Shown piece after piece: positions 35,785-46,419 of a DNA stretch of 64,000 nt. The stretch spans positions 62,001-126,000 of the forward strand of contig CM075990.1 of NCBI GenBank assembly GCA_038087875.1, written 5' to 3'. Under the pieces are notes generated by a model that saw nothing but the letters and a program-made list of their open reading frames with translations, did no database searches and was not told the origin of the DNA. A program made the position numbers and the translations under genes. Within the stretch, counting starts at the first letter, position 1. Every line of letters starts with the position of its first letter. The stretch is from Malacoraja senta. Its lineage: Eukaryota.

Positions 35785-36780
35785 TTAGATAGACAAGGGC
35801 AGTTTTGTACGTGTGTGATTGAGCCTTACAAATCTGACAGAGTTTTTTAAAGATGTAACCAAAAAGGTTGATGGGGCAGAGCTGTAGATGTTGTCTATAA
35901 GGATTTCAGCAAGGTATTAGACAAGGTACCATATGGTAGGCTGCTCTGGAAGGTTAGATCGCATGGGATCCAAGGAGAGCGAACCGACTGGATGGAAATC
36001 TGGCTTCATCGAAGGAAGCAGAGGCTGATGGTGGATGGTTGTTTTTCAGAATGGAGGCCTGTGACTAGTGGTGTGCCTTACGGATTGCTTCTAGACCCAT
36101 TGTTGTTTGTGGTTTACATCAATGATTTGGATGAGAACGTACAAAGCATGATTAGTAAGTTTGCAGATGACACCAAAGTGGGTGGTATTGTAGATAGCAA
36201 AGATGGTTGTCAAAAATTACAGCAGGATCTTGATCAGTTTGTTAAGTGGGCTGAGGAACAGTTAATGGTGATTAATGTAAGGTGTAGCATTTTGGCAGGT
36301 CTAACCAGAGTTAATAGCAGTACTGGAGAATGCAGATCTAGGAATGCACGTATATTGGTTCCTTGAGGGTGGCATCACAAGTAGATATGGTGGTCAAGAA
36401 GACTTTTGGTACATTGGCCTTCATCAGTCTGGGCTTTCAGTATAGAAGTTGGGATGTTAGGTTACAGCTGTACAAGGCGCTGGTGAGGCCAAATTTGGAG
36501 TATCATGTTCAGTTTCGGTCACCCTGTTGTAGGAAAGATGTTTAGGAAAGAACTGCAGAAGCTGGTTTAAATCATAAGTAGACACAAAATGCTGGAGTAA
36601 CTCAGGCAGCATCTCTGGAGAGAAGGAATGGTTGACGTTTTGGGTCGAGACCCCTCTCAGACTGATAAGAAAGATGTTGTTAAGCTGGAAAAAGTGTAGA
36701 GAAGAGTTATGGAGATGTTGCCAGGACTTGAGGGTCTGAGCTATAAGGAGAGGTTGGGCAGACTGGGACTGTATTCCTTG
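35785..36780 (+). mobile_element. Decayed CR1 RT fragment with a short PLE unit at 36543-36665
   Basis: ORF 35992-36366 (VTSGVP..YINDLD..KFADDTK); TSD TAGGAAAGATGTT/TAAGAAAGATGTT around the insert. Confidence 0.9.
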
Positions 36781-37927
36781 GTAGGCAAAAGTGCTGGAGA
36801 AACTCAGCGGTGCAGCAGCATCTATGGAGCGAAGGAAATAGACAATGTTTCGGGCTGAAACCCTTCTTCAGACTGATGTAGGGTGGGGGTGGGGGGGGGG
36901 GGGGCAGGGAGAAGAAAGGAGAAAGGAAGAGGAGGAGCCCGAGGACTGAAGGAGAGCTGAGAAGGGGAGAAGACTGCAAGGGTTACCGGAAATTGGAGAA
37001 GTCAATGTTTATGCCGCTAGGGTGCAAACTGCCCAATATGAGGTGCTGCTCCTACAATTTCCGGTGGTGTTCACTCTGGCCATGGAGGAGACCCAGGACA
37101 GAAAGGTCAGATTCGGAATGGGAGGGGGAGTTGAAGTGCTGAGCCACAGGGAGATCAGGTTGGTTAATGCGAAGAGCGGAGGTGTTCGACGAAACGATCG
37201 CCAAGCCTACGCTTGGTCTCACCGATGTAGATCAGCTGACATCTATAGCAGCGGATGCAACAGATGAGGTTGGAGGAGATGCAGGTGAACCTCTGTCGCA
37301 CCTGGAACGACTGCTTGGGTCCTTGAATGGAGTCGAGGGGGAAGGTAAAGCGACAAGTGTAGCATCTCTTGCGGTTGCAAGGGAAAGTGCCCGGGGAGGG
37401 GGTGGTGCGGGAGGGAAGGGAAGAATTGACCTAGGAGTTACGGAGGGAGCAGTCTTTGCAGAAAGCAGATAGGGGGGGAGATGGGAAGATGTGGCGAGTG
37501 GTGGGTCACCTTGGAGGTGGCGAAAATGACGGAGGACTATTTGTTGTATGTGACGGCTAGTGGGGTGAAAGGTGAGGACTAGGGGGACTCTGCCCTTGTT
37601 ACAAGTGGGGGGATGGGGAGAGCAGTGTTACGGGGTATTGAAGAGACCCTGGTGAGAGCCTTATCTATAGCAGGGAGGGGAACCCCCGTTCCCTGAAGAA
37701 TGAGGACATTTCCGATGCCCAGTTGTGGAACACCTCATCCTGGGAGCAGATGCGGCGTACGGAGGAATTGGGAGTAGGGGATGGAGTCCTTACAGGAAGC
37801 AGGGTGGGAAGAAGTGTAGTCTAGATAGCCATTGGAGTCAGTGGGTTTATAGTGGATGTCGGTCAGAAGTCTATCACCTGCGATGGAGATAGTGAGGTCA
37901 AGAAATGGTAGGGAAGTGTCAGAAATG
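36779..37927 (-). mobile_element. Penelope-like element, RT end through GIY-YIG to pLTR
   Basis: Colinear with 156-720 and with the reverse complement of 2280-2548; hammerhead motif at ~36845-36873. Confidence 0.9.
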
Positions 37928-38499
37928 GAGATTGGATAGATGGACAGAGGAGGGGAATCAAGAACCAGAGGACATAGGTTGAGGTGAGTGGAGTGTGGTG
38001 GATATATAGAATGAGCTTCCGGAGGAGGTAGTTATGGCTGAAATGATAACAACGTTTAAAAAGACATTTGGACAAGTACATTTGGACAAGTACGTGGATA
38101 GGAAAGATTTGGATGGATACTAGACTTGGTGGGACCCGTTGGGTCCCAGTGACACGGGAGGCCTGGTCCCCCAACGTAACCCGTTCCCCCATGCAGTATT
38201 GCAACACTCACCCATAGCCCCTAACTGCGCAGGCGCGGCTGACGGGTTATCGTTGTGACGCCCCTGATCCCCCCTCCTCCCCCCCCTCCCCACTCCACCC
38301 CTTACCCTTCCCCCCCCCCACGCACTCACTCCATCCCCCATCAACCCCCCCCCATAAACTCTTAGTGGCTCTCCGGCGGCGCAGCCGTTCCCGCCCATTG
38401 GGTCCCCATTGTGATGCAGAACGCGCAGGTATTACTGCACAGGCGCCGCTGACGGGCACGGCAAGTGGAAAAGGGATTAATTAAAGCTTAATATGTGAA

Positions 38500-41263
38500 T
38501 CTATACATAACTAAAGCTCTGATCTTGTTATCTTCCAGTTTGCATGGTCTTTCTATTTGCGCAGAAACGGTATGCGACAGCGCTATGATTTTTCGCCAGC
38601 TTACTCACCGTTCTCCTGTGCTGTGATTGCACCAAGTTTCATTCCGATCAGTGGTCTAATGCAGAAGTTAGCGAGGTCGGTAGGGGCGCTGCCAGCCGGC
38701 AGCCCTGTCAGCAGCGTGTCAGTTCTTTATACTTTTTTTGTTTTTTTAGTATGTCCTAATGTGGGTTTTTAATGTTCCTTTGTGTGTCTTGTGTGGGGGC
38801 TGGTGTGGGGGGGGTAAGCGGGAAACTGCTTCGGTCACCTCCTCCATGGAGAGGCGACTTTTTCCATGTCACCTGCCCCTTGGCCTAACCGAGGATCGGT
38901 GCGGCCTTTCCCGGAGACGCGCCTGGGGCTTCAGCGGCAGGCGCAGTGCGGACTCTCGGCGTGGAGCGGGCGAGCCCTCGCCGGGGGTCGCCGGAGGGGA
39001 GAGCTCCGTTCGCTGGCCAGCGGCAGCCTGAAGCCGCGGTCTGCAGAGCTCCAGCTGGCGTGGCGCCCGCAGCCTGGGATCCCTCGTTGGGGACCTGGGG
39101 GGAGAAGAAGCTCCGACTGCCGGCCCGCGGCCAACTTCTACCGTGGGCGCGGCATGAACTTATCATCAGGAGCGGGGTCCCTCGCCGGGGACCCCTGGAG
39201 GGGAGCTTCGACCGCCGGTCCTGCGGTGCTTCTGGCTGTGGCGCGGCAGGAACTTTAAATCTCCAACCGCAGGCCTGCGGCCTACACCAGCCTGAAGCCG
39301 CGGTCTCCGGTGGGGGAAGCACCGATTCAGGACTTACCTGGACTTTTTACCTTGTCTGCACATCTGGACGCCCGCAGCGACGGCTGCGGAGGGTGAGGTC
39401 CCGACCACGGGGGAACATGGAGGAGGACTGGCCAAATTTTGTGCCTTCCACCACAGTGATGATTGCTGTGATGGATGTTTGTGTTAAATTTTCATTGAGT
39501 TTTTGTGTGTTCTTTATCATTGTACCGCTGCTGGCAAATTCATTTCACTTGCACTTTATGTGCAAGTGACGAATAAAACTGATTGTATTGTTGTTGGTTT
39601 ATAATTCTTAAAGACCGCTCATGCGCAGATCGATCTCCTCCCCAGCCTTTCAACACTGCGTGGATTGGTCTTTTCTTCTGTCACTCCGCCCCTTTCTGTG
39701 CCATCGTGTCTTTACTGAAGCTGAGGATGGCCGGCGGAGGTTTCCAACCGGACACAATTTTCGGAGGGACCGTAAGCCCGGCCCGGCATGGGAGATGTCG
39801 CCAAACGGAAAGCGGAGAATCTGATCCCAGCGGAGGAGAATGACCAGCGACTGCTCTGAGTCCACATCGCACTGTCAGCTCCAGCTCCAGTCCCTTACCC
39901 TCCGGTCCCCTCGCTGGCTACTGCTCCCTCACAACACCCCCCCCCTGCCGCCCACACCCCCACCCCCACCCCCCGTGCACACACACCCCTCCCCCCACGA
40001 CCCCACCCCACCTCCCTACACCTCCTCCACCCCACACTCCTCCCGCCCACACATCCTGAAGCCATCCCCGTCCCGGCCCCAGGGTGCTCCCGCTGGCCCT
40101 CGCCTGCAGCCATCCCCTTCCCCAGTTGCAGGATGCACCCTCCCTCCTCCCCCCACCTGAAACCGTCCCGTCCCCAGTTGCAGGATACACCCTCCTTCCT
40201 CCCCCCACCTGAAACCGTCCCGTCCCCAGTTGCAGGATGCACCCTCCCTCCTCCCCCCACCTGAAACCGTCCCGTCCCCAGTTGCAGGATGCACCCTCCC
40301 TCCTCCCCCCACCTGAAACCGTCCCGTCCCCAGTTGCAGGACGCCCCCCACTAGCCCCCGCCTGAAGGCGTCCTCGTCCTCAGCTGCAGGATGCTTCACA
40401 CCGGTCCTCACCTGAAGCCATTGGGGAGCAGCAGTGGGAAGGCCATGACAATGACAGACCACGGCCACAGCAGCTATAGGCCACGACAGCGGTAGCCCAC
40501 AACAGCGATAGGCCATGGTAGCCCCCGCCTGATGCCATCCCCCTGCCCCAGCTGCAGGACACTTTCCCCTCCCCCACCAGCCCCCGACTGAAGCTGTCCC
40601 CCTCACCCGGCTGCAGGACGCTCCCTGCCCCCCCCCACCAGCCCCCGCCTGACGCCACCCCCCTCCCCGCTGCAGGATGCCCCCCCACCACCGGCCCCCG
40701 CCTAAAGCAGTCCCGGCCCCAGCTGCAGGTCCCTGAGCTGGGGACGGCTTCAGGCGGGGCATGGTGGGGGGGGGGGGTTGAGGGAACATCCTGCAGCTGG
40801 GGATGGGATGGCTTCAGGTAGGCGCCATTGGGGGGAGGGAGTATCCTGCAGCTGGGGCAGGGGGATGGCGTCAGAAGGCAGCTGTTGAGGGCTGGTGGGG
40901 GGTGGAAGAGAGAGTCCTACAGCTGGGGCAGGGGGACGGCTTCAGGCAGGTTCTACCATGGCCTATCGCTGTCATGGCCTACCACTGCCATTGCCTGCCG
41001 CTGCCGCGGCCTGGGTGGGGGAGCGTTGAGGGTGGATGGTGTGAGCACGTGGGGGCGAAGGGCAAGGGGCGGAGTGGGGGGGTGAGGGGAGGAGGGGTGA
41101 TCAAGGGCGTCCCAACGGGAACCCGTCAGCCGCGCTTGCGCAGTTAGGGGCTATGGGTGAGTGGTGGAATATTGCATTGGGGGAACGGGTGAGTGGTGGA
41201 ATATTGCGTTTGGGAATGGGTTGCATTTGGGGACCAGACCTCCTGTGTGACCGGTACCCAACG
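38500..41263 (+). mobile_element. Inner Helitron of the same family, antisense to its host
   Basis: A|TCTATACATAACTAAAG start; ends mid-hairpin (GGTACCCAACG); 52-bp tandem array at ~40110-40345. Confidence 0.8.
38688..39595 (+). mobile_element. ~900-bp GC-rich non-autonomous retroelement nested in the inner Helitron
   Basis: Interrupts GCGAGGT|TTA.. (intact in the antisense copy at ~42345-42375); AATAAA plus ATTGT tail; no recognisable ORF. Confidence 0.7.
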
Positions 41264-42540
41264 ATGAGATGAGATGAGATTAAAGAACTCTTGTTGCGTT
41301 CTGCAGCCCGGGAGCGGGGCAGCTTCAGGTGGGGCTGGGGGGTGGGGGGTAGCGTACTGCTGCAGGGGAGGGGGAATGGCTCCAGGAAGGGGTTGTCGGG
41401 TTCCGGGAGGGGGGTGCGTCCTGCAGCTGGGGAGGGGGACGGCTTCAGGTGGGGATTATCGGGGGCCAGTGGGTGGGGTGAGAGCATCCTGCAGCCTGGG
41501 AGGGGGACGGCTTCAGGCTGGGCTGTCGCGGGACAGTAGGGGTGGGAGCGTCCTACAGCCAGGGGAGGGGGACGTCTTCAGGCGGGGCCTGTAGGGGGCT
41601 GGTGGGGCAAGCGCTGCCAAGGACTAGCACTGCCGCTCCCCACCAGCTTCAGCTGGCTGGGGATGGGGACGGCTTCGGCAGGGCTGGTGAGGGTGGGGCA
41701 GCATCCTGCAGCTGGGGACGGCTTCAGGTGGGTGTGGTGCGGCGGGGTGTGGGGGAGGGGGGTGTGGGGCTGGTGTGTGCGTTTGGGTGGAGTGTGTGGT
41801 TGGTGTGGGGGGGACGTGTGGGTGTGGGTGGGGGGTGTGGGGTATGGGGGGGGTGTACCCGGGGAAGAGGGGATGTGTGGGTGGGGGGGGGAAGGGATGT
41901 GTGGCAGGGGAAGAGATGTGTGGGCGAGAGGAGGGGGTTTGTGGGCGGGTGGGGGGGTTGTGGGGGGGGTTTGTTGGAGGGTTGTGGGCAGGGGGGAGAG
42001 AGCTCGGAGAAAAGACCAGGGTTGTGGGGAGAGGGGGTTGTGGCAACAGAAGGGAAGGGGCTGGAGCTGATGGTGCGATGGGGACTCGGAGCTGGTCACA
42101 GGTCGTTCTCCTCCACCACCGGGATCGGATTCTCCGGTTTCTGTTTGGCGACATTTCCCGCCGGGCAATTACCGGTCCCTCCGAAAATTGTGTCCGGTTG
42201 GAAACCTCCGCCGGCCATCCAGAGCCTCCCTCAGTTCCAGTAAAGACGTGATGGCGCAGGAAGCGGCGGACCGTCCCGCGAAGTGACAGGAGAAAAGACC
42301 AATCCACGCGGCACTGAACGTCGGGAGAGGAGAGCAATCTGCGCATGCGCGGTTTTAAAGATTTTTAAACCTCGCTAACTTTTACATTAGACCACCGATC
42401 GGAGCAAAACTTGGTGCACTCACAGGAGAACAGTGTGTAAGCTGGCGAAAAATTGTAGCGCTATCGCGTACCGTTTTTGCGCAAATAGAAAGACCAAGCA
42501 AAACTGGAAGATAACAAGATCATAACTTTAGTTTTGTATA

Positions 42541-42551
42541 GATAGATTATT

Positions 42552-42615
<64 letters not shown>

Positions 42616-42650
42616 GATAGATAGATAGGATAGATAGATGATAGATAGAT
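42541..42650. repeat. (GATA)n microsatellite
   Basis: Seen directly; abuts the Helitron 5' end. Confidence 0.97.
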
Positions 42651-42679
42651 ATATGCTTCTATAAAAAATAAATAATTTT

Positions 42680-42935
42680 GTTCAGTTTATTGTCACGTGT
42701 ACCAAGGCACAGTAAAAAGTTTTTGTTGCGTGCTAACCAGTCAGCAGAAAGACAATACATGATAACAATCGAGCCATTTACAGTGTATAGATACACGATA
42801 AGGAAATGACGTTCAGTGCAAGGTAAAGCCAGCAAAGTCTAATCAAGGATAGTCCGAGGGTCACCAAAGAGGTAGATAGTTATTCAGCACTGCTCGCTGG
42901 ATGATTCAGTTCTCTGATAACAGCTGGGAAGAAAA
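42680..42935 (-). mobile_element. Rex1/Babar-type 3' tail
   Basis: TTTATTGTCACGTGTACC..CAGCTGGGAAGAAA; homologous to 9785-9880 and 19895-20000. Confidence 0.7.
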
Positions 42936-43099
42936 GAAAAACGTTTAAAGACTTTACTTTAATTCTTCTTGAATATGTTCATCTTTGTTAACTTTTTATA
43001 TTTTATTATTGCTTTCAGCTTCATGATTAGTCTGTTTTGAACATTTTCAAATCAGATTGGTAAATGGGTCGTGTGGGCGGGAGAGGGGGTGTGTGGGCG

Positions 43100-43340
43100 G
43101 GTGGGGGGATGTGTGGGGGGTTGTTTCTCCTCATCTCCTTCCTCAAGGGAACGTCCTTTAATTCTGAGGCTATGACTTCTAGTCATAGACTCTCGCACTC
43201 GTGGAAGCATCCAGTCCACATCCACTTTATCCAAGCCTTTCACTATTCGGTTCATTAAGTTTCAATGAGGTCCCCCCTTCATCCTTCGAAACTCCAGCGA
43301 GTACAAGCCTAGTGACGTCAAACGCTCACCGTATGTTAAC
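43100..43340 (-). mobile_element. CR1 fragment
   Basis: RIVKGLDKVD..TRSHSLRIKG in ORF 43052-43255. Confidence 0.75.
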
Positions 43341-43372
43341 AGTGTTGAGATTACATTGGGAGGAGATAGTCA

Positions 43373-43719
43373 ATCACAGATGGCGCAATGGGCTAAGTGT
43401 TCGGCTGGCAACCGGAAGGTAGCCGGTTCGAATCCTGCTTGGAGTGCATACTGTCGTTGTGTCCTTGGGCAAGACACTTCACCCACCTTTGCCTGTGTGT
43501 GAATGTGTGTGAATGTGTGTGAGTGATTGGTGGTGGTCGGAGGGGCCGTAGGCGCAGATTAGCAGCCACGCTTCTGTCAGTCTGCCCCAGGGCAGCTGTG
43601 GCTACAGAAGTAGCTCACCACCACCGAGTGTGACTGAGGAGTGAATGAATAATGCGATGTAAAGCGCCTTGAGTATTAGAAAAGCGCTATATAAATCCCA
43701 TCCATTATTATTATTATTA
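43373..43719 (+). mobile_element. Full-length tRNA-derived CORE-SINE with L2-type tail (AFC/FR1-like)
   Basis: A box TGGCGCAATGG at 43381, B box GGTTCGAATCC at 43425-43435, CORE GTGTCCTTGGGCAAGACACTTCACC, L2-type tail TGTAAAGCGCCTTGAG..GAAAAGCGCTATATAAAT, (TTA)n. Confidence 0.88.
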
Positions 43720-43924
43720 AATCTGCCCGTTGTCTTCCTTGAAAACCTCCAATAATTTTTCCTGGCTTAACTTTGCCAGGGAAGCTAGTACAGTATGTGG
43801 GATTTACCCCTTCACCATGCCTGATACAGTGACACTGGCTCCCCTCCCCACGCCGCACCCCTGATACCCACCATCAGCAGTGATGTTTCCAAACCTGCTT
43901 TTTTCCATGGATATGTCAATATGA

Positions 43925-44705
43925 ACAGCCTCTTCCCAACAGCCTCAGGCTATAAACACTACAACCTCCATTAAGCAATGAACTACATAGACAATTATTA
44001 TTATTGCACGATTATTGTTGTTTGTTTTTATGTGTGCGTATGTGTGTGTATATATCTACAGTATATATATACATGTGTGTATATGTGTATGTATATGTGT
44101 ATGTGTATGTATATGTGTATGTGTGAGTATGTGTATATAAACACGATCTTAGGCCCTCTTCGGTCATGGCTGACCATGGGGGTCTCCATGGTGTTATTCC
44201 CTATATGGAGGACGCCTGTGCATGACTTTGTTTAACGTGGGGAGACTGGTGCACAGACAGCCACCCCACGGTCCTTGACAGATCTGGGTCAGGATCCAGT
44301 GGCATGGAGTCCAAGACGACCGGAGACCCTTTTCTGCTGCAGCCTTCATCCGCCTTCCCAGCTGTTGTGACACTCAACTAAGGTCAGCCATCATCCTCCG
44401 CCTGTTCCACCATTGAGGTCTTGGTTGGATTGCTCGTTGTCAGAGTCCTCCCCCTCGACTTACCTCCATGGGTGGCCCTATCGGGAGCAGAGTTCCAGAT
44501 GGCATCGCTCTCAGGATCTCAGGTCCACACAAGCTTCTCCACCACGACAAGGTGACAATTCACGGAGAAGACACACACTGAACATTTTTACTTGTTTATT
44601 ATATTATTTACAGTGTACAATGTTTATATATTCTGTTGTGCTGCAGCAAGAATTTCTTTGTTCTATCTGGGACATGTGACAATAAAACACTCTTGACTCT
44701 TGATA
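43925..44705 (+). mobile_element. Rex1/Babar-type 3' tail with internal TG/TA microsatellite, split by an RTE derivative
   Basis: AACAGC.TCTTCCCAACAGCC start; GACAATAAAACACTCTTGACTCTTGA end; homologous to 57330-57480. Confidence 0.7.
44145..44570 (-). mobile_element. Bipartite non-autonomous RTE derivative (5' UTR plus 3' tip)
   Basis: Minus-strand start CTTCTCCG..CACCTTGTCGTGGTGGAG..GATCCTGAGAGC resembles RTE 5' UTRs; end CCCATGGTCAGCCATGACCGAAG resembles RTE 3' ends; ACAC on both flanks. Confidence 0.75.
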
Positions 44706-44727
44706 TTCTCATTACCCGGCTCCACTC

Positions 44728-45512
44728 AATGGTCAAAAAGGCTTTTGGCACATTCATCAGTCAGAGGAGTGAGTCTAGAGGTTGGGAGGTCATGTTGCAG
44801 TTGTATAAGACGTTGGTGAGGCCGCATTTAGAGTATTGTGTTCAGTTCTGGGCACCGTGTTACAGGAAAGATGTTGTCAAGCTGGAAAGGATACAGAGAA
44901 GATTCATGAGGATGTTGGCCAGGACTGGAGGGTCTGAGCTTTAGGAAGAGGTTGACTAGGCTGGGACTCTATTCCTTGGAGTGCAGGAGGATGAGGGGTG
45001 ATCTTATAGAAGTGTATAAAATCATGGTGTATAAAATCATGAGAGGAATAGATTGGGTAGATGCACAGAGTCTCTTGCCCGGAGTAGGTGAATTGAAAAC
45101 CAGAGGTTTAAGGTGAAAAGGAAAAGATTTAATAGGAATCCGAGGGGTAACTTTTCACACAAAGGGTAGCGGGTGTATGGAACAAGCTGCCAGAGGAGGT
45201 CCGTTGAGGCTGCGACTATCCCAACATTTAAGAAACAGTTAGACAGGTACATGGATAGTTGTTTAAGAAGGAACTGCAGATGCTGGAAAATCGAAGGTAG
45301 ACAAAAATGCTGGAGAAACTCAGCGGGTGTGGCAGCATCTATGGAGCGAAGGAAATAGGCAACATTTCGGGCCAAAACCCTTCTTCAGACGTACATGGAT
45401 AGGACAGGTTTGGGAGGATGTGGACCAAACGCGGGTAGGTGGGACTAGTATGGGCAGGGACATGTTGGCCAACGTGGGTAAGTTGGACCAAAGGGCCTGT
45501 TTCCACGCTGTA
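44728..45512 (+). mobile_element. CR1 3' fragment
   Basis: MVKKAFG..LYKTLVRPHLEYCVQFW and 3' UTR. Confidence 0.9.
45259..45390 (-). mobile_element. 132-bp Penelope-derived hammerhead unit with perfect 12-bp TSD
   Basis: GTACATGGATAG at 45247-45258 and 45391-45402; the unit begins GU-CUGAAGA on the minus strand. Confidence 0.92.
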
Positions 45513-46097
45513 TCAACCTATAGTGCATTATTATTGTCTTTTGTGGTACACAGTTGACACGATTGTTATCTCTGCCTTTGCTGCAACAGAGGTGTAAATG
45601 ACCTCTGAAAAATTCATAATACAAATCACAGGTTCAGCAAAAGCATCCAAAATACATGATAAGCAAAATGAAGGAAGAAATAACACAAATGAAGTAAGTG
45701 AAGGTAAGGCATATCAAGAAGGGCAGACATGCCCTGGGGAAAATTAGGGACTGCAAACCCATAAGTGCTTCAGAGCAGTGCGGACTGTGATGTGGATGCT
45801 GTCAGAGGGAAGGTGTGGGTGGGCCAGACAGAACGGATCTGTTGGACATGTTGCTGAATTGGAGGAAGCTCAGGTGGTGGATGAACAATTCCAGTAGTTG
45901 TTGCAGACACAAATCGCCTGTATCTGTGCCAAAAAAATGGTAAGCGTTCAACAAAGTGACAGTGGTAATTAATTTGAATAGAATTATCTCTTCAAAGATA
46001 TCAATGGAGGAGCCCTTTCATTTACAATGATATCAATGATATGAGGTGGTGGCAGGGTCCTCTATGAGTGTTTCTCCTCTGTTATTGACAAGACAAA

Positions 46098-46402
46098 GGG
46101 CTGCACAATGGCGCAGCAGTAGAGCTGCTGCCTTACAGCGCCAGAGACCCAGGTTCGATGCTGACTATGGGTGCTTGTCTGTACGGAGTTTGTACTTTTT
46201 CCCCTGCGTGGATTTTGACCTGCGTGGATTTTCGCCTGGAACCTCCGGCTTCCTCCCACACTCCAAAGACATACAGGTTTGTAGGTTAATTGGCTTGGTG
46301 TAATGGTAAGATTGTCCCTAGTGTGTGTGTGTTAGTGTGCGGGGACTTGTTGGGCCGAAGGGCTTGTTTCCGCGTTGTATCTCTAAATTAAACTAAACAA
46401 AA
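46098..46402 (+). mobile_element. HE1-like V-SINE
   Basis: Head, V-domain, (AAACT)n tail. Confidence 0.9.
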
Positions 46403-46419
46403 CATGAAGCTTTTGAAAC

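Larger units (their letters stand above)
38120..42542 (-). mobile_element. Outer non-autonomous Helitron, complete ends, interrupted at 38500-~41283
   Basis: CTAG at 38120-38123 with hairpin TGGGACCCGTTGGGTCCCA; A|TC 5' end at 42542; flanks of the insert join colinearly with sister copies at ~28610 and ~33490. Confidence 0.82.

Noticed and set aside
38759..42346. Many overlapping Gly/Pro/Arg-rich ORFs and a CpG-island-like promoter
   Set aside because: GC-rich low-complexity interiors of nested Helitrons and a retroelement; stop-poor in all frames.
43373..43445. tRNA gene
   Set aside because: A and B boxes are present but continue into the CORE body and L2 tail; this is a SINE head.
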